Source: Candidatus Latescibacterota bacterium (GTDB lineage: Bacteria > Latescibacterota > UBA2968 > UBA8231). Taken from it: DNA of 64,000 nt. The notes beneath the pieces were generated by a model. That model was not told the origin of the DNA, did no database searches, and was given only the letters and a program-made list of their open reading frames with translations. This document shows, piece after piece, positions 19,204 through 27,372 of the stretch (position 1 is its first letter; each line of letters starts with the position of its first letter). A program made the position numbers and the translations under genes. The stretch lies in NCBI GenBank assembly GCA_965203355.1, contig OZ241889.1:3680001-3744000 (forward strand), read 5' to 3'.

Positions 19204-20660
19204 AGTGGCGGGCCGTACCGCAGCAAGGCCCGTGCCCACGAGCTGTGCGCTCGGTCGGGCACCTGCGCCAAGCGCGGCGCGGCGGCCAAGGCGACCACCC
19301 GCTCGGCGCGGCCCTGCCGCCCGTAGAACTGGAGAGCGAGCGCTTTGCCGTGGTGCCATAGCGGACCGAGGGCTGCGGGACGATCGTACGACTGCTCCAT
19401 AAAGTGCGCCACCTGCGCGGCGGCGGCGGCAAATCGCGCCTCCCCGCTCCACTCGCCCAACTCCCACAGGGCCAAGGCCGCCAAGGCTTGATCGACGAGC
19501 AGGCCGACGCTGCCCTCAACTTCTGAGTCGCAGACGTGCTGCACCCGGCCGCGGCCGTCGATACAGTGGCTGATGAGCGCGTCGCCAGCTTGCAGAGCCA
19601 CCTGCGCGGCGCGTTCGTCGCCTAACCTGGTGGCCGCAGCCAGATAGGCCCGTATCAAGGCCGCTTGGCGGTCGGCGTAGAGCGCGGGATCGGTCCACCA
19701 AGTGTCGGCCATGACTTGGCGACCGCGGAACACCCCTTCGGTTTGGTCGAAGAGGGTCCCCTCGACAAAGCCGAGCAACACCCTAGCCGCCTCGGCGTGG
19801 CCGGGCTGATCGGCTTCCAGCAACAGATGCAGCATGGCCGCCTGATCGAGAGCGTCCCGCTCGCCCGCTGGTGCGCTCCAATCGGGTGCGTACGAGTACG
19901 CGCGAAAACCACCGCTATCTCCGAGCGGCGAGGCGAGCACCGCGTCCAAGCTGGCCAAGGCCATCTGTCGCGCTGGCGCTACACCCCGCACCTCAGCATA
20001 GGCGAGCAGGAAGCGCAACGTCGAAGTTTCGAGAAATTTAGTCGGACCGCCGAAGCCGCCGTGGGCCGGGTCAAAGGCGACCGCACAGGCGCGGTAAACG
20101 GCATCTATTGCAACGGGTTTCTCAACCTGGGGACGAGCGGCGCGTTGCACCTTGGCGACGAGCACCGCGCGCTTTTCTTCGTAGGCCGTGCGCAATCGGC
20201 GCAAATAAGGCTCGACATTGGCTGGCGGAATGTCCACCGCCCGCGCGAAAACCCGCCCGTCCGGCAGCGCTACCACTAGGGCCGGCCAACCGCCGCTATC
20301 GTAGTGCTGAGCAATATCCGGCCGCTTGAACGGATCGACCTGTACGCTGACGAATTGCTCGGCGATCAGTTGGCGCAACGCGGGCGTCGGCGTGGGAAAC
20401 AGCCCCTCGCATCCCGGGGCGGCCAAATACACCAATATGGGGCTGTTTTCGCGTTGAGCGCGTGCGAACAAATCCTCGTCCCAAGCCCCCCAAGGCAACT
20501 CGCCATCGGCCCACGGCCATTCAGCCAAAACGGACCGCTCGTTGCGAGTTGCTTCTTCTGGCGGCGGCGGCTCAGAGATGGCGCAGCCCGCCAGCATCAA
20601 CAGTGCCAGCAGCTTGGCTTCAAATTGATACATCTCTTTTATATTCAATGAGTTCGGCAT
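19200..20660 (-). CDS. DUF255/thioredoxin-like plus alpha/alpha-barrel (YyaL/SSP411-like) lipoprotein
   Basis: RPDIA..Y..GGWP and FDPAHGGFGG.TKF motifs; lipobox LAGC; lacks the CxxC of canonical members. Confidence 0.7.
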   Translation of the reverse strand: MPNSLNIKEMYQFEAKLLALLMLAGCAISEPPPPEEATRNERSVLAEWPWADGELPWGAWDEDLFARAQRENSPILVYLAAPGCEGLFPTPTPALRQLIAEQFVSVQVDPFKRPDIAQHYDSGGWPALVVALPDGRVFARAVDIPPANVEPYLRRLRTAYEEKRAVLVAKVQRAARPQVEKPVAIDAVYRACAVAFDPAHGGFGGPTKFLETSTLRFLLAYAEVRGVAPARQMALASLDAVLASPLGDSGGFRAYSYAPDWSAPAGERDALDQAAMLHLLLEADQPGHAEAARVLLGFVEGTLFDQTEGVFRGRQVMADTWWTDPALYADRQAALIRAYLAAATRLGDERAAQVALQAGDALISHCIDGRGRVQHVCDSEVEGSVGLLVDQALAALALWELGEWSGEARFAAAAAQVAHFMEQSYDRPAALGPLWHHGKALALQFYGRQGRAERVVALAAAPRLAQVPDRAHSSWARALLRYGPPL

Positions 20661-20678
20661 TATTTACAAAGGCCGTTT

Positions 20679-20707
20679 AATGTACGGTATGCCCCGATGA
20701 ACGTCAA
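20679..20707 (-). promoter_or_regulatory. Probable sigma70 promoter of the DUF255-rmlD-GT operon
   Basis: TTGACG-N17-TACATT on the minus strand. Confidence 0.55.
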
Positions 20708-20724
20708 GCAAGTCCCAAGGGATG

Positions 20725-20807
20725 GTGGTGCGTTTTGAAGTTTAGCGAACGGGTCGCCCGGCTCCGCCTGAACCCCGGCGACCCAAGCCCGACCGAAAAC
20801 GTACTAC
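20725..20807. repeat. Family-A inverted-repeat element (MITE/REPIN-like)
   Basis: GTGGTGCGTTTTGAAGTTTAGC...GAAAACGTACTAC; its internal core CCCGGCTCCGCCTGAACCCCG is shared with 26157-26273. Confidence 0.7.
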
Positions 20808-21081
20808 GACCGAATGATTTGGTCTAATCCCGCTTTGGCCGTGCAGGGTAGTTGCCGACCTTGACAATAGAAATGGGACCCGGCGGTGGCGGCGTGGACA
20901 GCAGGGGAAACTAGTGCGCTGTCTAGTTGCCGAACATTGACATCCCAGAACATCGGGGTCCCATTTCCGTGACTTGCGGTGTCGTGGGTGCTACTTGAGC
21001 AGCAGCATCTTGGCGGATAGGAACGCTTCGCCGGCCTGCAAGCGGTTCGTAGGCGGGCGATCTGGCGTTCATAAGGAAAAG

Positions 21082-21118
21082 AAAATGGGACCTCAAACCG
21101 AAAATTGAGGTCCCATTT
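21082..21118 (-). terminator. Intrinsic terminator, unit 2
   Basis: AAATGGGACCTCAA / TTGAGGTCCCATTT stem followed by a T-rich tract on the minus strand. Confidence 0.8.
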
Positions 21119-21231
21119 CCGTAACTCGCGGTGTCGTGTGTGCTACTTGAGCAGTAGCAGCATCTGGATGTCGAGAAACGCTTCGCCGACCTGCAAGCGG
21201 TCCTGTAAGCTGTCGATCGGACGTTTATAAA

Positions 21232-21271
21232 GAAAAGGAAAATGGGACCCCAGAACATCGGGGTCCCATTT
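21232..21271 (-). terminator. Intrinsic terminator of the 1419-aa protein gene
   Basis: AAATGGGACCCC / GGGGTCCCATTT stem followed by TCCTTTTCTTT. Confidence 0.85.
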
Positions 21272-21295
21272 CCGTGCCTTGCGGTGTCGTGGATG

Positions 21296-24200
21296 TTACT
21301 TGAGCAGCAGCATCTTCTGGACGGCGAGGAAATCGCCGCCCGCTTGCAAGCGGTAGAAGTACATCCCGGACGACACGCTCTGGCCGCTATCGTTGGTCGC
21401 GTCCCACTCCACCGCGTAGCGACCCGCCGCCTGATGCTCGGCGACCAGCGTCCGAATCGGCTGACCCAGTACATTATACACCGTCAGCCCCACGTCCGCC
21501 GCCTGCGGCAACGCATACTGAATCGTCGTCTGCGGGTTGAACGGGTTCGGATAGTTGGCCGCCAGCGAGAACACGGCCGGGCGCGTCTGTAACGACACCG
21601 GCGCGGGCAATGCCAGCCGGTTGAAGCCCAACGCCCGGTCCCAGGTCCGGTTGTCGGTGATTTCGAGGGTCGTGTACTCGATCTCGGTCGTCGGCCGGAA
21701 GACCAAGCGCAGCATCAGCTCGCCGTCGAAAACGACATCGCCGTGCGTGGCTACCGTCAACACGCCCGCTTCGGCCAGCACTTGCGGCGTAGCGAATGCG
21801 CTATCGCCTAGCGGCTGATCGGTCTGCGCCTCGACGAAGGTCAACTGGTCGGCGTCGTACGCTATCTGCAAGCCGTAGCCTTTGACCGCCACGAAGTCGG
21901 CCAGTCGCACATTAACGCCGAACTCTTCTCTTACGCTCGGCAGGACGGCTGGCGCATCCAGATATAGCCGCGCCGCCGCATTCAGCCCGGCCTGCAACGG
22001 TACCGGCTTGCCGGCTCCGCTGTTGAACCGACCGAACAACGAATCCAGGTCGACAAAGTCCAGCATCGCGTTGATGGTAATCGCGAACGTCAGCGAGACG
22101 CTTTCGGCGCCAGCCGTCGCCGTGTAGGCGACTTCAACGGCCCCATCGGTCGCCGCGTCCGGTGTGCCCGAAATCGTCCGGGTCGCCGCGTCAAACGACA
22201 GACCCATCGGCAGACCCGACACGCTGTACGTGATGGAGCCTTCGCCGCCCATCGCCATCGGCAGGACCAACGGCGTAATCGCCGTGCCCGCCGTGTAGGT
22301 GTGTGCGGCGACCGAAGTGCCCTCGACGAACGCCAAGGAGATCATCATATCCTTATCGCCGTCCATCATGCCGCTGTCTGTGTCGGTCAGTACCAGTGTC
22401 GCCGAACCTGCCGTCAAGCCGGGCAACATCGCGTTGAGCACGATCGTCTCGTCGCCCTCGGCCATACTGTCGGCCGTCGGATCAACCAACAGGCGCGTCG
22501 AACCCATGATCGAACCGGCGGCAATGGTGATGATCGGATCGAACAGGGCCGAGTAGTCCGTGTCGCGCAGGGCACTACTCGAAGCCTCATCAATCGAGAC
22601 GGTCGCCGTGGCATCCTCGGCCAGCGGCTTGCCGTCCAGCGCAGCCATGACCATTACTTCCGTCAATTCCGCCGTCTCGCTGAGCGCGCTCGGCGTCACC
22701 GACAGCACCAGAGACGTGCTTGGCGTCTCGTCGTCGGAAATCCGCAGGTCCACCTGCCCCCAACCGCCCGAAGCCGCCGCCCGAACCCCCAAGTGCTTAT
22801 GACCGTCCGCCGAAGCGTTGTCAATCGGCGACAGGAAAAGCGTCGTCCAACCCATCGTCTCGCCAGCCGCAATGGTGATCGTCCCGGCCAATGTTGCGGT
22901 GTAATCCACGTCGCGGGTGGCCATCGTTCCGCTGGCCGGCGGCACAATCGTGAAGCGGACCGTCTCGGTCGCCGGTGCCGAGCCCGACAAGGTCGCCGTA
23001 ACTCGGATTTCAGCCGTGTCGCCGTTTTCGCGCACCGCCGATTGCGACGCCATCACACTGGCGACGCCCACCGTGACCGGCGGGGCCTCGCTGACGGTGA
23101 TGGTAATGGTTTTTGCCCGGCCATTGTCGGCGTCATCGAACGCCATATAGACGACCGAGGTCATGCCTGCCAGCGTCGGCGTGCCCGAAAGCTTCCGGGT
23201 GGTAGCGTCAAACGACAGCCCCATCGGCAGGCTCGACGAGACCCGGTACCGCAGCGTTCCTTGGCCACCTGTCGCGGCGGGCAACACCTCGCTGAACGCC
23301 TGACCTACCGTCGCTTCAAAGGCTAATGCGGCCGCACCGAAACTCGGCCCTCCCGTGGCCGCGGGCGTATCCGAAGAACCAGAATCATCCATCTTCGCCG
23401 CGTCTTTCAGCGTGATCTTCGCGGTGCTGACCGTAATCTTGTCGTCGTCTTGGTTCTTGAGATTGTCCGTCAACTGCTTGATCGTGATCGTCTCGTCGTT
23501 GTCGTCTTTGCCGTCGTTGACCGGCGTGATCGTGATCGTCGTTGAGCCGGTGATCGCGCCGCGTGGAATCGTCAGCGAGCTAAGCGCTGCCGTGTAATCC
23601 ACGTCCCGCGTCGCCGACTTGTCCGGCGTCCGATCCACGACCAGCGTGATCGTCGCCGCCGCATCGAGCACTTTGCCGTTTAACGTGCCCGTCACCGTAA
23701 CGGTCGTCGCCCCGGCGTCCTCTTTGATTTCGCTCGGGCTGACCGACAGCGTGATGTCATCACTCAGCGTCTCATCGTCCGTGATCTCGAACGGCGCATC
23801 CTTCATCTGAGATGCGTCATCGCCGACTTTCGCTTGCACCGTGAATGTCCACGGATTATTCACACCGCTGTTGTCCACTGGCGTGACGCGCAGCATGGCC
23901 GTGCCTTTGGTATCACCCGCCGGGATCGTCAAGCCCTCAATCACCTCCACTTCGTAATTCACATCGCGCGTCCCGGAAGAACCCGCCGTAATCTGAAAGT
24001 CCACCGCCTTTGCGCCGGTCAAGGCTTTCTCCAATTCAACCGTCATCGTAACGTCGGTCGCTCCGGCGGCCTCGCGGATCGTCGCCGGACTCAGCGTGAA
24101 CGCCTTAATCTGCGCGACTGCGACGTCCTCGACCGTGATGGTGCCCGCATTGACCTTAACCGGAAAGGCAAAAGTTTCCATATACGTTAGGGTACTACCG

Positions 24201-25555
24201 GTACCATAAGGACTAGTCGACATGTTACCATTGCCGTTATGGTCGATACCGATGTTGACTTTCCGGCCTTTGGGAAACCTAGCAGTTATACAGTCACTCA
24301 CCGAACGCGTTGTGCTCGTTGCCGGCCATAAGCAGGGACCATATTCCGTTAATATGGTGTCGGCGGGCACCACAAAGGTATCCAAATAATCGTCATCCCC
24401 GAAAAAGTCGAACCCCAAGTCTTTTTCTACCAAGACGGTCCCCGCAGGTACGAAGTCGGATTCGTCCACATCATAACCGGGGTCATCGAATATTCCAAGA
24501 GTCCCATCGCCGTCAAGGTCTATTCCGATTGTAGAACTTTGAGGCAACCTATCCGCCCACCAGTTATTACTTTTAGCGGGTACAACGAAACCATCGGGAT
24601 CAAAGGTACCATCGCGGTCGAAGTCGAGCCGGACCTGCTTACCCGCGCTGTTTGTCCGTTTGGACTTCACCGTCAGCGTCGTATCACCACTGGCACTGAC
24701 CCCCAGCACGATCTTGCCCGCCTTATTACTCGGATCAACGGTGATCGTCATCGTCGCTTCGGTCTTCCCCTTCGGAATGGTCAGCTTTCCCAGCCCGCTA
24801 ATCGAGAAATTCACATCGCGCGCCAACGTATCGCTGGTAGCCCCCTTGCCCTCAACCACAACCAACTGGGTTTCAAGGTCGCCCTTCAACGCGCCGCCAT
24901 CCAACGTCGCTGTCACTTTAATCGGAGTCGCACCCGCCTGCTTGCCGAGCTTGGACGGCGAAAAAGAAAGGTTGATATTTCGGGGCAAACGCTCGTCGTC
25001 AATGATCTCAATATAGAAGACGCCCGTAGTACCACCTTGCTCAGTATAGGCCGCGGCGGTTTTGCCTTTCTCGAAGATGTTGCCAGTAGAGCCGCCGATA
25101 TCAACCACGATAGGAATGTTAGGCCGCGTTAGAACTTTAGCCGTATCGACCGTACCCGTTATGGTCAGCGGATCAATATCGACTGAAGCGGTCGCCGCGC
25201 GCACGATAGGTCCGATCCGATCATTGTTTATCGGGGTTATGGTGATCGTCCCGGTCGCCTTGCGTTCATCCTTCTTAATCACCAAAGAGGGGAAGGATAT
25301 GGTGAATAAATCGTTGAGATAGCGGGACGTGACACCGACAAGACGCAACGGAAGATAAAGATCGACCGCCGCCTTTAAGTTCGCATCTTTTAATTCGGCT
25401 GTTATGGTAATATCTTGCGCTCCCCCATCCTCGCGGACGGAACGCCGATCAACGGATATGTCGATGTCCTCGGTCTGAGCCGGGGCTTCCCCGGCCAACA
25501 GCAAACTGGCAATCAGCAAAAAAGGAAAGGTGAAAAGCCGCGTGTGCGTACTCAT
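21296..25555 (-). CDS. Large secreted adhesin-like protein: Calx-beta-like/Ig repeats, two putative-Ig (He_PIG-like) domains, cohesin-like domain, FlgD-Ig/T9SS-like C-terminal domain
   Basis: Signal peptide; repeated ATRDVDY / E.AG.T.V.V units; LPMGLSFDAxTRxxSGTP twice; NYPNPFNPQTTIQY...YNVLGQ...WDATND.G..VSSGMYFY. Confidence 0.82.
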   Translation of the reverse strand: MSTHTRLFTFPFLLIASLLLAGEAPAQTEDIDISVDRRSVREDGGAQDITITAELKDANLKAAVDLYLPLRLVGVTSRYLNDLFTISFPSLVIKKDERKATGTITITPINNDRIGPIVRAATASVDIDPLTITGTVDTAKVLTRPNIPIVVDIGGSTGNIFEKGKTAAAYTEQGGTTGVFYIEIIDDERLPRNINLSFSPSKLGKQAGATPIKVTATLDGGALKGDLETQLVVVEGKGATSDTLARDVNFSISGLGKLTIPKGKTEATMTITVDPSNKAGKIVLGVSASGDTTLTVKSKRTNSAGKQVRLDFDRDGTFDPDGFVVPAKSNNWWADRLPQSSTIGIDLDGDGTLGIFDDPGYDVDESDFVPAGTVLVEKDLGFDFFGDDDYLDTFVVPADTILTEYGPCLWPATSTTRSVSDCITARFPKGRKVNIGIDHNGNGNMSTSPYGTGSTLTYMETFAFPVKVNAGTITVEDVAVAQIKAFTLSPATIREAAGATDVTMTVELEKALTGAKAVDFQITAGSSGTRDVNYEVEVIEGLTIPAGDTKGTAMLRVTPVDNSGVNNPWTFTVQAKVGDDASQMKDAPFEITDDETLSDDITLSVSPSEIKEDAGATTVTVTGTLNGKVLDAAATITLVVDRTPDKSATRDVDYTAALSSLTIPRGAITGSTTITITPVNDGKDDNDETITIKQLTDNLKNQDDDKITVSTAKITLKDAAKMDDSGSSDTPAATGGPSFGAAALAFEATVGQAFSEVLPAATGGQGTLRYRVSSSLPMGLSFDATTRKLSGTPTLAGMTSVVYMAFDDADNGRAKTITITVSEAPPVTVGVASVMASQSAVRENGDTAEIRVTATLSGSAPATETVRFTIVPPASGTMATRDVDYTATLAGTITIAAGETMGWTTLFLSPIDNASADGHKHLGVRAAASGGWGQVDLRISDDETPSTSLVLSVTPSALSETAELTEVMVMAALDGKPLAEDATATVSIDEASSSALRDTDYSALFDPIITIAAGSIMGSTRLLVDPTADSMAEGDETIVLNAMLPGLTAGSATLVLTDTDSGMMDGDKDMMISLAFVEGTSVAAHTYTAGTAITPLVLPMAMGGEGSITYSVSGLPMGLSFDAATRTISGTPDAATDGAVEVAYTATAGAESVSLTFAITINAMLDFVDLDSLFGRFNSGAGKPVPLQAGLNAAARLYLDAPAVLPSVREEFGVNVRLADFVAVKGYGLQIAYDADQLTFVEAQTDQPLGDSAFATPQVLAEAGVLTVATHGDVVFDGELMLRLVFRPTTEIEYTTLEITDNRTWDRALGFNRLALPAPVSLQTRPAVFSLAANYPNPFNPQTTIQYALPQAADVGLTVYNVLGQPIRTLVAEHQAAGRYAVEWDATNDSGQSVSSGMYFYRLQAGGDFLAVQKMLLLK

Positions 25556-25735
25556 GATCTCACTCCTTTAGAAAAGGGAAAAGTGACAGAAGAAATGGAC
25601 TTAGCCCTATCACTAAGCCGCTGCATTCTTGCGTTTTTGCTAACGTTGAAAAAGACGAATGCCTCGCGGCGAGAGCTAGGGTTACGACGTCGCCCGCCGA
25701 CGAGGATGGTTTTCGTTTGTGATGTGGATGGGTGG

Positions 25736-25770
25736 CCACTGACCACTGACCACTGACCACTGACCACTGA
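25736..25770. repeat. Heptanucleotide simple repeat (CCACTGA)x5
   Basis: Read directly from the sequence. Confidence 0.95.
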
Positions 25771-25888
25771 TCGGTGGGGCTTACCGACGCGGCCGGGCAG
25801 AGCAATGCCTCTTCCCGCTTCCGTAGAGGAAGGGGAGCGAGGCGAATAGATTGGCGAGTGAAGCTAGGGCTTAATGCCCAAGAAAATC

Positions 25889-25903
25889 GGGGGGGGGGGG
25901 GGG
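25889..25903. repeat. G15 homopolymer tract
   Basis: Read directly from the sequence. Confidence 0.9.
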
Positions 25904-26120
25904 TAAATCATTGTTTTTTAAAGACTTACAGAAATAAAAACTCGGCGTTTTTTCAAGCGTAGAACAAGACACCGCCATTGCATTAAGCACCGCGCCCAGC
26001 GATGGTGTTCTTTGTGATATTGACGTTGTGCCCATGTCCTGTTAATCCGATTAAGAATGCCGCAAACGGCGGGGGTTCTATACCCAAACGCGCCGCGCCG
26101 CTCTGTGAATTGCAACGCAT

Positions 26121-26150
26121 ATTTTATGAATTTCAGTAAAGGCGTGTCAA
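26121..26150 (-). promoter_or_regulatory. Possible sigma70 promoter facing the 1419-aa gene
   Basis: TTGACA-N18-TAAAAT on the minus strand. Confidence 0.45.
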
Positions 26151-26156
26151 GTGTAG

Positions 26157-26273
26157 GTAGTGGTACGTTTTGAAATTTAGCTTTACTACCATTAATACGG
26201 ATCGCCCCGGCTCCGCCTGAACCCCGACTTCAACCGGACCGCGACAATTGGAGATTGCAAAATGTGCCACTAC
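26157..26273. repeat. Family-A inverted-repeat element (best copy)
   Basis: GTAGTGGTACGTTTTG ... CAAAATGTGCCACTAC: a 16-bp terminal inverted repeat with 2 mismatches. Confidence 0.8.
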
Positions 26274-26347
26274 CCAGGAGGCGGGCTTTTTGTCGCGGAT
26301 AGTTTGGCCTATGTTTTGTTTTTCTCATCTTACCAGAGGAACACACC

Positions 26348-27343
26348 ATGAATCCACGCGAAAAAGTCACCCTCGGCAGCAGCGGCCTGCGCGTCACCCG
26401 TCTCGGCTTGGGCTGTGCCTCCATCGGCGGTCTATACGGCGACATATCAGACGACCAAGCCGTCGCCGTTGTACACCGCGCCCTGTCGTTAGGACTAAAC
26501 CTCTTAGACACTGCGCCGCTGTACGGAGCGGGCAAAAGCGAACTCCGGCTCGGCAAAGCCCTCGCGGGCGTACCGCGCGACAGCTATGTGCTCGCGTCCA
26601 AAGTTGGGCGCGTCTTGGTCCCAACCGAACAAAATCAACAGACGGGCATTTTCGCCGGCCCGGCCGCGTATCAACCGATATTCGACTTCAGCTACGACGG
26701 CGTCATGCGCTCGTTTGACGACAGCCTCAAACGCCTCGGTGTAGAGCGCATCGACATCCTCCACATTCACGATCCAGACAACCACTGGCAAGAAGCCATC
26801 GACAGCGCGTATCCCGCGCTCGACAAGCTGCGAAACGAAGGCGTCATCCGCGCCGTCAGTGCGGGCATGAACCAGTGGGAAATGCTGGCCCGCTTTGCCC
26901 GCGAAGGCGATTTCGACTGCTTTCTCCTGGCCGGACGTTACAGCTTGCTCGACCAAAGCGCACTCGACGAACTCTTGCCACTGTGCGTACAAAAGAACAT
27001 CGGCATCATGGCTGGCGGCACGTACAACAGCGGCATCTTGGCCAAAGGCGCGCACCGAGGCGCGACGTACAACTACCAAGAAGCACCGCCCGAAATCGCG
27101 GCTAAAGCCAAGGCGCTCGAAGCCGTGGCCGCACGCCACCACGTCAACCTCAAAGCCGCCGCCTCGCAATTCGTCTTTGCCCATCCAGCCATCACCTGCA
27201 TCATCCCCGGGACCCGGCAACCCGAGCGCGTACAAGAGAACTTCGACTTGCTCACGCAGGCGATCCCGGACTCGTTTTGGGCCGAACTCCGCGACGAAGG
27301 CCTAGTCCGCGGCAATGCCCCACTGCCGATTGCCAGCGGCTAA
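26348..27343 (+). CDS. Aldo/keto reductase (D-threo-aldose dehydrogenase-like)
   Basis: DTAPLYGAGKSE, SKVGR, SLKRLG, IHDPD and GRYSLLDQ motifs. Confidence 0.9.
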   Translation: MNPREKVTLGSSGLRVTRLGLGCASIGGLYGDISDDQAVAVVHRALSLGLNLLDTAPLYGAGKSELRLGKALAGVPRDSYVLASKVGRVLVPTEQNQQTGIFAGPAAYQPIFDFSYDGVMRSFDDSLKRLGVERIDILHIHDPDNHWQEAIDSAYPALDKLRNEGVIRAVSAGMNQWEMLARFAREGDFDCFLLAGRYSLLDQSALDELLPLCVQKNIGIMAGGTYNSGILAKGAHRGATYNYQEAPPEIAAKAKALEAVAARHHVNLKAAASQFVFAHPAITCIIPGTRQPERVQENFDLLTQAIPDSFWAELRDEGLVRGNAPLPIASG

Positions 27344-27372
27344 GAAGCGTTTTTAAGTTGCAGCGCCGCTTT

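Larger units (their letters stand above)
20871..21352 (-). repeat. Three ~152-bp tandem units, each a C-terminal coding tail plus 3' UTR plus terminator
   Basis: Stop codons at 21296, 21143 and 20991 (spacing 153 and 152); shared CTGCTCAAGTAR-CA...CACGACACCGC...GGAAATGGGACC. Confidence 0.9.

Noticed and set aside
20871-21300. CRISPR array
   Set aside because: Units are ~152 bp, the intervening sequences are homologous rather than unique spacers, and no cas genes are present.
20991-21352. Diversity-generating retroelement TR/VR pair
   Set aside because: Many differences between the tails are not at adenines (e.g. GCG/GTC, GAT/GCG, TTC/TTT), and there is no reverse transcriptase in the window.
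20923-21474. 183-aa minus-strand ORF crossing the tail array
   Set aside because: It starts out of frame inside the giant gene, has no RBS, and would have to read through two intact terminators.
14538-26273. Integron attC sites
   Set aside because: Element ends do not fit RYYYAAC...GTTRRRY, and no integron integrase is seen.
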